The position numbers and the translations under genes were made by a program. A stretch of 64,000 nt of DNA from an uncultured Roseburia sp. GTDB lineage: Bacteria; Bacillota; Clostridia; Lachnospirales; Lachnospiraceae. A model generated the notes under the pieces. It made no database searches. It was given only the letters and a program-made list of their open reading frames with translations, and had not been told where the DNA came from. Location: positions 1,407-65,406 of the forward strand of contig CAMTDY010000001.1 of the NCBI GenBank assembly GCA_947070915.1. The letters are read 5' to 3'. This document shows positions 56,684 to 64,000 of this stretch, piece after piece; position 1 is the stretch's first letter, and each line of letters begins with the position of its first letter.

Positions 56684-57925
56684 TTGGCTTATAAAAAGAT
56701 AATTCCATATATAAACGGAGAAAATGAGCTTCCGGCGAATATCATTATGCAGGCGGAGCAGTACTGCTTTGCCGGGGCAGATGCCCTGTTTATCTATAAC
56801 TATTCCAAGATGGAGAAAGAGCGGGAAGAATTTCTGGCGGCGTTGAAGCAGATTGCGTCGAAGATCGACATACCATTTTTCACAGGGATGTATGTAGGGC
56901 GTTTTGAGGATGCCAAAAAGGCATTTTATACCGGTGCTGAACAGGTGGTGGTAAAATATGAGATCTGTCCGAATGTGGCGGTGCTCAAAGAGGTCACAGG
57001 ACGGTTTGGCGCTGACAAGATCATTCTCGAAATAGATGGGGATATTGATTTTGACAGGATTCCATTTCCAGTAAATACACTGCTGGTCAAGCATGTAGAT
57101 ATGGATGCCGCCCTGGAGCGCAGGTGCAGAAATGCCGGCAAACAGATTGTCATCCGGGACAGTCTTCTGAGAAATGATCTGGAGAGCCTTCTGCGCCTTC
57201 CGAATGTGTGCGGGGTATCCACCAATTATTTTCTGGGCAAAGAAATTTTAAAGATAAAAATGAACATGAAGCGGGCGGGGATTGAAATGAATACCTTCGA
57301 GTCCGCCATGGATTTTTCGGAGTTCAAGACGGATGAAAAGGGACTGATCCCCTGTATTACCCAGGATTATAAGACGGGGGAAGTGTTGCAGCTCGCCTAC
57401 ATGAACCAGCAGTCTTATGAAGCGACCTGTGCCACCGGAAAAATGACATATTTCAGCAGAAGCAGGCAGGAACTGTGGTGCAAGGGAGAGACCTCGGGAC
57501 ACTACCAGTATGTGAAAGAGCTGCGTCTCGATTGCGACCATGACACGGTTCTGGCAAAAGTCCATCAGGTAGGGGCGGCCTGCCACACAGGCGCCAGAAG
57601 TTGTTTCTTTCATGAACTGGCGAAAAAAGAATATAATAATACCAATCCTCTTACGATACTGAATGAGGTGTTTGCTACGATCGAAGACCGGAAAGAACAC
57701 CCCAAAGAAGGTTCTTATACAAATTATCTTTTTGACAAGGGGATTGATAAAATACTGAAAAAGTGCGGGGAAGAGGCGACAGAAATTGTCATTGCCGCCA
57801 AAAATCCGGATGCAGAGGAGTTAAAGTACGAGATCGCAGATTTTCTGTACCACATGATGGTTCTTATGGCAGAGTGTGGTTTGAATTGGGACGATGTAGT
57901 GAAAGAACTTGCCAACAGGCATTGA
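56684..57925 (+). CDS. hisIE: Degenerate HisF/HisA-like barrel fused to phosphoribosyl-AMP cyclohydrolase / phosphoribosyl-ATP pyrophosphatase (HisIE)
   Basis: The C-terminal ~205 aa show HisI ([10 protein letters not shown]...LDCDHD...CHTG..SCF) and HisE ([21 protein letters not shown]). The N-terminal ~200 aa align to HisF (KKIIPYING..., [28 protein letters not shown]) but lack the GGG/SGG phosphate loops. TTG start. Confidence 0.7.
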   Translation: MAYKKIIPYINGENELPANIIMQAEQYCFAGADALFIYNYSKMEKEREEFLAALKQIASKIDIPFFTGMYVGRFEDAKKAFYTGAEQVVVKYEICPNVAVLKEVTGRFGADKIILEIDGDIDFDRIPFPVNTLLVKHVDMDAALERRCRNAGKQIVIRDSLLRNDLESLLRLPNVCGVSTNYFLGKEILKIKMNMKRAGIEMNTFESAMDFSEFKTDEKGLIPCITQDYKTGEVLQLAYMNQQSYEATCATGKMTYFSRSRQELWCKGETSGHYQYVKELRLDCDHDTVLAKVHQVGAACHTGARSCFFHELAKKEYNNTNPLTILNEVFATIEDRKEHPKEGSYTNYLFDKGIDKILKKCGEEATEIVIAAKNPDAEELKYEIADFLYHMMVLMAECGLNWDDVVKELANRH

Positions 57926-57942
57926 CAGATAGGAGGTATTGT

Positions 57943-58074
57943 ATGTCTTTAGGTGAAGCATTTATAAGTTATGGGGTGAAGCTTGTCCTGTTTTCGATCG
58001 TTGCCGGCATCGGCATCTGGTCAGGCATAAAGTTGCGCAAAGCTAAAAATGCAAAAATCAACAACGGAGAATAG
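57943..58074 (+). CDS. Small (43-aa) single-pass membrane protein
   Basis: AGGAGG sits 6 nt upstream of the ATG. The hydrophobic helix VKLVLFSIVAGIGIWSGI is followed by a basic tail KLRKAKNAK. It is wedged between hisIE and pilB. Confidence 0.45.
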   Translation: MSLGEAFISYGVKLVLFSIVAGIGIWSGIKLRKAKNAKINNGE

Positions 58075-58084
58075 GTGATAGATT

Positions 58085-59785
58085 ATGATAAGTCAAACTC
58101 GTAAGAGAATCGGTGACGTTCTGATCGATGCCAACATTATTACCCAGGAACAGTTGATGGAGGCATTGGAAGAGCAGAGAAAGACCGGAAAGCGTCTCGG
58201 TGAGGTGCTGGTCGATATGAAATTTACCGATGAGACTGAGATCGCAGAAGCAATGTCCCAGCAGATGAAGATTCCGCTTGCCAAGATCCGTGAAGCAAAA
58301 CTGGCGCCGGAGATCATTGAGCTGCTGCCGGAAAACATTGTGCGCAAAAACAATGTCATTCCCTTTGAAGTGGATGAAAACAATCCCAATATCCTCCGGA
58401 TCGCCATGGCGGATCCGCTGGATATCATTGCGGTAGATGATATTTCCATTATCACCAACATGCAGATCGAGATCATGGTGGCGACGCCATCAGATGTTGC
58501 TTATGCGATAGAGAAATATTATGGGAACGAGCAGTCCGCCAAGCTGGCGGAAAGTTTTGCCCAGGAGCGTATGGACAAAAACCAGAAGCTCAAAAAAGAG
58601 GAAGATGGCAACGATGAGGTGGATAATTCGCCCATCGTGCTCCTTGTTAATAAGATCATCGAGCAGGCGGTCAACGAGCGCGCCAGTGATATCCATATTG
58701 AGGCGCTGGAAGACCAGGTTCGTGTGAGGTATCGTATCGACGGCGCCATGCAGGAAGTTATGAGGTATCCCAAAGATCTTCAGAGCGCCATCGTGGCGCG
58801 TATTAAAATTGTCAGCGGAATGAATATTTCCGAAAAACGTGCCCCTCAGGACGGCCGTATGACCCTGATCTTCAACCGGGTTGAATATGACCTCCGTGTT
58901 TCCTCGCTTCCGACTACTTTTGGCGAGAAGGTGGTTATGCGTATCGCCTCCAAATCGGGACTGAATAAAGAAAAGAGTGAACTCGGTTTTCAGGAAGAAG
59001 AGCTGAAACGTTTTGACGGCATACTGAAAAATCCCCATGGGATCATATTGGTTACAGGACCTACCGGAAGTGGTAAATCCACCACTCTTTACACGGTTTT
59101 GAACGAATTAAATGGTGGGGATGTAAATATCATTACCGTGGAGGATCCGGTGGAGGCAGATGTGGATGGCATCAATCAGGTGCAGGTCAATGAAAAAGCG
59201 GGACTTACCTTTGCCTCGGCGCTGCGTTCCATTCTCCGTCAGGATCCGGATATCATTATGATCGGAGAGATCCGAGATGAGGAGACAGCGAGCATCGCCG
59301 TAAAGGCGGCGATCACAGGGCATCTTGTGGTAAGCACCCTGCATACAAACAGTGCAGCCAGCACGGTAACCCGTCTTGAAGATATGGGGATTGAGCCATA
59401 CATGGTGGCGGACTCTGTGGTGGGGATCATAGCCCAGCGTCTGGTGCGCCGGATCTGCCCCAAATGTCATGTGCAGAAACAGATGTCAGATACCGATAAA
59501 TTCAGGCTTCGCCTGAGGGGGGATTCCAACCCGATGATCTACGAACCGTCGGAATCCGGGTGTGCCTTTTGCAATAACTCCGGCTACCGGGGGCGAATCG
59601 GTGTTTACGAGATCATGCCGATCACGCCGGCGCTGAGAGAGGTGATCAGCCGGGGCGGCGGAGCAGAGGAGATCCAGAAAGTAGCGCTGAAAGAAGGCTT
59701 GACGACATTGAGGCTAGGTGCTGCAAAACTGGTTTTAAAGGGGGTTACTTCGATTTCAGAAGTAGAAAGAATTGCGGCAGAATGA
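58085..59785 (+). CDS. pilB: Type IV pilus assembly ATPase PilB (GspE family) with MshEN-type N-terminal domain
   Basis: T2SSE_N domain, Walker A GPTGSGKST, Asp/His boxes and the tetracysteine CPKC...CAFCNNSG. Confidence 0.9.
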   Translation: MISQTRKRIGDVLIDANIITQEQLMEALEEQRKTGKRLGEVLVDMKFTDETEIAEAMSQQMKIPLAKIREAKLAPEIIELLPENIVRKNNVIPFEVDENNPNILRIAMADPLDIIAVDDISIITNMQIEIMVATPSDVAYAIEKYYGNEQSAKLAESFAQERMDKNQKLKKEEDGNDEVDNSPIVLLVNKIIEQAVNERASDIHIEALEDQVRVRYRIDGAMQEVMRYPKDLQSAIVARIKIVSGMNISEKRAPQDGRMTLIFNRVEYDLRVSSLPTTFGEKVVMRIASKSGLNKEKSELGFQEEELKRFDGILKNPHGIILVTGPTGSGKSTTLYTVLNELNGGDVNIITVEDPVEADVDGINQVQVNEKAGLTFASALRSILRQDPDIIMIGEIRDEETASIAVKAAITGHLVVSTLHTNSAASTVTRLEDMGIEPYMVADSVVGIIAQRLVRRICPKCHVQKQMSDTDKFRLRLRGDSNPMIYEPSESGCAFCNNSGYRGRIGVYEIMPITPALREVISRGGGAEEIQKVALKEGLTTLRLGAAKLVLKGVTSISEVERIAAE

Positions 59786-59825
59786 CAGTAGTGAGCAGAA
59801 ACTATGAGAAGGAGGAAAAGGGGTT

Positions 59826-60878
59826 ATGACTCTTGACGATATACTAATTCAGGCCCGTAAGGTCGGAGCTTCGGATGTGCATGTATCAGTCGGGGTTCCG
59901 ATCAAGTGCAGGATTCACGGAACACTGAAGGATCTGACATCCACACCGCTTACGGGGACGGATACAAAAGCCCTGGTAGAGCAGATGATTCCAAAGCGTC
60001 TGATCGGAGAGTTTAATGAGACCGGGGAAGCAGATTTTTCCTATGCGATAGCCGGTCAGGGGCGTTTCCGTGTAAACGTATTTAAGCAGAAAGGTTCCAT
60101 GGCATTTGTTATCCGACTGATCAATATGGAGATACCGGAGCCGGAGGGGCTTGGCCTGACACAGTCAGTCATCGATCTGACCAGTAAAAAAAGAGGGCTC
60201 GTGCTGGTGACAGGGCCTACAGGAAGTGGTAAATCCACAACTCTGGCAGCATTGATCAATAAGATCAATGAAAATTACAGCCATCACATCATTACGCTGG
60301 AGGACCCGATCGAGTATCTTCATGTACATAAAAAATCCATCGTAAATCAGAGAGAGATCGGTATGGACACAGACAGTTATGCGGCGTCCCTCAGGGCGGC
60401 CCTCCGTGAAGATCCCGACGTTATCCTGGTGGGAGAGATGCGAGACCTGGAGACGATATCCACGGCGGTGACAGCGGCCGAGACCGGGCATCTTGTCTTC
60501 TCCACACTGCATACCATCGGAGCGGCGGCTACCATCGACCGTATCATAGACGTGTTCCCGCCCCATCAGCAGCCACAGATCCGTCTGCAGCTGGCGACTC
60601 TTCTGGAGGCCATTATTTCCCAGCAGCTGATGAAGACGGCAGATGGAAAAGGACGTGTAGCGGCATTTGAGATCCTTCATGCCAACAGTGCGATCCGTGC
60701 ACTGATCCGTGAAGGGAAGAGCCATCAGATTCCATCGGTGATTCAGACCAGCCGGAAGAGCGGCATGATCACGATGGATGATTCGATATTTGACCTATAT
60801 ACAGCGGGCAGGGTGAGCAAGGATGAAGCGATCACCTTTGCCCAGGATAAAGCAGCATTAAATAAGAGGCTTTACTAA
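59826..60878 (+). CDS. pilT: Type IV pilus retraction ATPase PilT
   Basis: 350 aa. Shows ASDVHV, GPTGSGKSTT, ITLEDPIEY and the GHLVFSTLHT His box. Confidence 0.9.
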   Translation: MTLDDILIQARKVGASDVHVSVGVPIKCRIHGTLKDLTSTPLTGTDTKALVEQMIPKRLIGEFNETGEADFSYAIAGQGRFRVNVFKQKGSMAFVIRLINMEIPEPEGLGLTQSVIDLTSKKRGLVLVTGPTGSGKSTTLAALINKINENYSHHIITLEDPIEYLHVHKKSIVNQREIGMDTDSYAASLRAALREDPDVILVGEMRDLETISTAVTAAETGHLVFSTLHTIGAAATIDRIIDVFPPHQQPQIRLQLATLLEAIISQQLMKTADGKGRVAAFEILHANSAIRALIREGKSHQIPSVIQTSRKSGMITMDDSIFDLYTAGRVSKDEAITFAQDKAALNKRLY

Positions 60879-60893
60879 GGAAGGAGGGGCTAT

Positions 60894-62105
60894 ATGGCAA
60901 CATTTAAGTACAGGATCACCGACCGGTACGGAAAAGATAAAAGAGGTACGGTCGAGGCGAACTCGGAGGAAGCGGCTACCGCGAAACTAAAGGGCGAGGG
61001 CGCCATTGTACATTTTATCAAGGAGACTACGAGCGTAGATGACGCGGCCTGGAATATATCCATTGGAAATCCGGTGAAACTCAAGGACATCACACTTTTC
61101 TGCCGTCAGTTCTACAGTATACTGAATGCCGGTGTAACAGTGGTAGACGGTCTGAAAATGCTGGAGGACTCCACAGAAAACAAGACACTGCGTAAGTCCA
61201 TCTACAATGTACAGGTGAATGTGGAAAAAGGAGAGACTCTTGCCAATGCCATGGCGCTGGAAGGAAAGGTATTTCCGGATCTGCTGATCAACATGGTGGC
61301 GGCGGGCGAGGCGACGGGTAACCTAAGTATCGCTTTTGAACGGATCTGTACCCAGTTTGAGAAGGATCAGAAACTGCGCTCCATATTGATCGGTGCGATG
61401 ATCTATCCGATAGTAGTGCTTGTAGTGGCTGTTATCGTTGTTATCGTTCTGATGGTAGTGGTAATACCTCAGTTCCAGGAGATTTTTAGTATGATGGGAG
61501 AACAGCTTCCGCTGCCGACCCGCATCGTGATAGCGGTCAGTGAATTCATGCAGGCCAATCTGATCTGGGTGATCGGCGGGATCATTGGATTTGTTGGATT
61601 GATTATATATGCGAAGAATACGGAGACCGGGAAACAGATCACCAGCCGGATGTGCCTAAAGATCCCGGTTGTTAAGGATTTTTCTATTAAAAACGCAGCG
61701 GCAAAATTCAGTATGACCATGTCCACCCTGGTTATGTCCGGTGTTCCCCTGGTGGAGGCTCTGGGCATCGTGGCAAATGTCGTGGAGAACCGGGTTGTGC
61801 GGAAGGTGCTGAACGACTCCAGGGAAGAGGTTATGCAGGGTGTGCCCATGTCGGAGCCCATTGAGGCATCAGAGGTGTTTCCGCAGATGGTCTATCATAT
61901 GCTGCGTATCGGTGAGGAAACCGGTAATACCGAGGCGATGTTAGACAAGGTGGCGGAGTACTATGAGCAGGAAGTAGAGACGGCGACAAAGAACCTGACG
62001 ACGGCGATGGAGCCGGCGGTCATCATCCTGCTGGCGGTAGTGGTCGGCGGTGTAGTGGGAGCCATCGTTATGCCAATGATGCAGATCTACTCAATGGCAG
62101 GCTGA
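60894..62105 (+). CDS. pilC: Type IV pilus platform protein PilC (GspF family)
   Basis: Two GspF repeats, three TM segments, 403 aa. Confidence 0.9.
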   Translation: MATFKYRITDRYGKDKRGTVEANSEEAATAKLKGEGAIVHFIKETTSVDDAAWNISIGNPVKLKDITLFCRQFYSILNAGVTVVDGLKMLEDSTENKTLRKSIYNVQVNVEKGETLANAMALEGKVFPDLLINMVAAGEATGNLSIAFERICTQFEKDQKLRSILIGAMIYPIVVLVVAVIVVIVLMVVVIPQFQEIFSMMGEQLPLPTRIVIAVSEFMQANLIWVIGGIIGFVGLIIYAKNTETGKQITSRMCLKIPVVKDFSIKNAAAKFSMTMSTLVMSGVPLVEALGIVANVVENRVVRKVLNDSREEVMQGVPMSEPIEASEVFPQMVYHMLRIGEETGNTEAMLDKVAEYYEQEVETATKNLTTAMEPAVIILLAVVVGGVVGAIVMPMMQIYSMAG

Positions 62106-62123
62106 TCGTTGAATACTGAAGAC

Positions 62124-62175
62124 AAAAAAACCCTGTATGGTTCTGGTGAAAAACTGGAATCATACAGGGGTTTTT
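62124..62175. terminator. Bidirectional terminator between pilC and the convergent GT-C gene
   Basis: An A7 run, then the stem CCCTGTATG/CATACAGGG (9 bp, 21-nt loop), then a T5 run. Confidence 0.7.
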
Positions 62176-62180
62176 ATGTA

Positions 62181-63974
62181 CTATCGGAGTTTGTATACTA
62201 CCAGAGTTCCTTTAAAGGAATCTTCTGTCTGAATATAAGTTTTCTCCTTGATCCAGCTGCATGAACTGATCTTATCGAGATACTCCGATAATTTATAAGG
62301 AGAAGCAAACATACTTTCTCTGTCATATATATAGTCTGGTTTTGACTCATCCCGTTTGTAATCTTCTGGAAGAAAGTAAGGGGCTTCTGCGATCAGGTAA
62401 ACGGCCGAATTGTCATCCTCCAATTTGTCCATGGCTTCAATGGCTGTATCGATATCATCAAAAGGACTGGAGACAAAAAAGTGTCTGGTATTTAATAACA
62501 TTGGCGAATAGAAAGGAAGGTTCTCGAAAGATTTCGAAATCAGGATAACATTCGAGTTCTGGACAATCTGAGAAATCGGCGGAGCATCGCAGTGTCGTTC
62601 AAACAGATAATTGCAGGGGTAATAAATATGATTGACTGTAAGAAATACAACCAATATACCGGCAAAGCTGATGAAGGGAATTTTTTTGCTTGATCTGAAA
62701 GGTTTTAAGGGAATGCGCTGTACGGATTTGTACAGAATGCCGGAAAAAAGTAAGGCAACAATAGGAAACAGACAGAATAGATAGCGATCCGCATGTTTGC
62801 CCATCACAAAAATATTACATGTCTTGGCGATAACCAGCATAGTGCCTATCCATGTAAAGGAAAAAAGAAGATACAGTTTATTCATATGGTACAGTCGCTT
62901 TGGTATACGCTTGATCCATGTGGCAGTGGAGGTGCGCATTCGGTGTGTGAGATTTTTAAAGCGAGAGTTCTTGCGGAAAATAAAGCAGAGACCAGTAACC
63001 AATATAAGCACATATACAGATACGATCAATAGGATAGCATTCCGCAGGGGGTTTAGATATGGGATCCAGATTCCCAGAGTCTGGTTAAATATGCATTGTA
63101 GACAATATTTTATTTCCCAGAGATATGGCATCTCTACCCCATATAAAGAAGGGGTTGTGAATTTTTCTATGTCATAGGGCCAGAGTAAGAAAACCGTAGC
63201 GGCAGACAGTGCCATCACTCCGCAATAGCATAAAAGTGTCTTCCACCTTTTGTTGCACAATAGATAGAATGAAAAAACAGCCGTCATGCAAAAAGCCAGA
63301 AAAAGGAAAATGTATTGAGTGGATCCGCCAATCACGGTCAGGAAAAATAGAGAAATAAAACACAAGGTATTCTTTTGGAAGTGTTTGTTGTACAGCCGTG
63401 CGTGGATATAGCACAGTAAAATTACCAATGCAGTGAGAAAGGCATACATCCGGAGGTAGATAAAGGTGTTTAGGGCCCCTGTGGAAAAGCCGTAAAAAAT
63501 GCATGTCAGCAGCGCGGCATTTTGGGAATGTATCAATTCTCTGGCAAGGGCATATAAGGCGATGGCAGCGATTACAAAAGAAATGACATTTATAAAGTAA
63601 GAGTACCACCAGGAAAATGTGTTGGGGAAAAAAGAGCATACAGCATGCAGCATCAAGTTATGGAGCGGAGGGTTGTTATGGCTGACCGTGCAATTATAAT
63701 AGGTAGAGCCAAACTGGAAAGTGCCTTCGCTCTGCACTTCTATGTATTCCCTGAATATGCTGCTGTCAAGCCATTGGCCATAATTTATGATCTCTTTGTC
63801 TTTATTGATGTTTATTCCCACCTGATGATCTGCATTGGCAAAACCATAGCTCCAGGCTTCGTCAATATGCCATCCCTCCCGCTGACAGAAAGTATATGTA
63901 ATATAGAAAAGCTGAAACAGGATAATGAGAGCGAGAAAAATTGAGTGGCGGTGTCTGTATAATAAAGTCTTCAT
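62181..63974 (-). CDS. GT-C fold membrane glycosyltransferase (family 39/ArnT/PMT-like) with C-terminal extracytoplasmic domain
   Basis: About 12 TM segments. The first loop carries GWHIDEAWSYGFAN, a DE motif typical of GT39/GT83 enzymes. The sequence is visibly more AT-rich than its neighbours. Confidence 0.6.
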   Translation of the reverse strand: MKTLLYRHRHSIFLALIILFQLFYITYTFCQREGWHIDEAWSYGFANADHQVGININKDKEIINYGQWLDSSIFREYIEVQSEGTFQFGSTYYNCTVSHNNPPLHNLMLHAVCSFFPNTFSWWYSYFINVISFVIAAIALYALARELIHSQNAALLTCIFYGFSTGALNTFIYLRMYAFLTALVILLCYIHARLYNKHFQKNTLCFISLFFLTVIGGSTQYIFLFLAFCMTAVFSFYLLCNKRWKTLLCYCGVMALSAATVFLLWPYDIEKFTTPSLYGVEMPYLWEIKYCLQCIFNQTLGIWIPYLNPLRNAILLIVSVYVLILVTGLCFIFRKNSRFKNLTHRMRTSTATWIKRIPKRLYHMNKLYLLFSFTWIGTMLVIAKTCNIFVMGKHADRYLFCLFPIVALLFSGILYKSVQRIPLKPFRSSKKIPFISFAGILVVFLTVNHIYYPCNYLFERHCDAPPISQIVQNSNVILISKSFENLPFYSPMLLNTRHFFVSSPFDDIDTAIEAMDKLEDDNSAVYLIAEAPYFLPEDYKRDESKPDYIYDRESMFASPYKLSEYLDKISSCSWIKEKTYIQTEDSFKGTLVVYKLR

Positions 63975-64000
63975 ATGTTATAAAACTCCATTTCGTATTT

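Overview
This is a 64-kb chromosomal window of roughly 50% GC from a Gram-positive anaerobe. The gene families, AGGAGG-type RBSs and multicopy Rpn-type nuclease genes suggest Clostridia/Lachnospiraceae, but that is an inference I cannot verify here. Nearly all genes lie on the + strand.

Content in order:
- 3' end of a Na/Pi transporter gene, then HAD and SGNH hydrolases.
- A cell-division block: ZapA-like protein, U32 peptidase, SEDS FtsW/RodA and a class B PBP. A NUDIX gene follows.
- A decayed surface-protein gene and an intact Rpn-family nuclease gene.
- A minus-strand YtrA-type GntR plus ABC operon.
- PFOR copy 1, an EamA transporter, and GH2 plus uxuA.
- A ~1.4-kb gene-free mosaic holding a scrap of group II intron RT and a decayed second Rpn copy.
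- A glycan-utilisation block: GPH symporter, HAD, GH3 and a 994-aa secreted tandem GH43-like enzyme. Four tandem lipoprotein genes of unknown function follow it.
- PFOR copy 2, asnS, asnA, an Fe-ADH and a degenerate RpoD-like protein.
- nrdDG with NrdR-like boxes, dut, a hybrid sensor kinase and recG.
- ylxM-ffh-rpsP-KH-rimM-trmD.
- hisB plus an unusual HisF-like/HisIE fusion, then pilB-pilT-pilC.
- A convergent GT-C glycosyltransferase.

I saw no rRNA, tRNA, CRISPR array, intact IS or prophage, or recognisable defence system.

The best leads for something undescribed are:
- the lipoprotein array attached to the GH43 locus;
- the sigma-like protein that keeps core-binding regions but lacks the promoter-recognition determinants;
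- the pseudo-HisF/HisIE fusion;
- a set of long-range stem plus U-tract intergenic elements.

All functional calls rest on motif recognition by eye. No searches were run.
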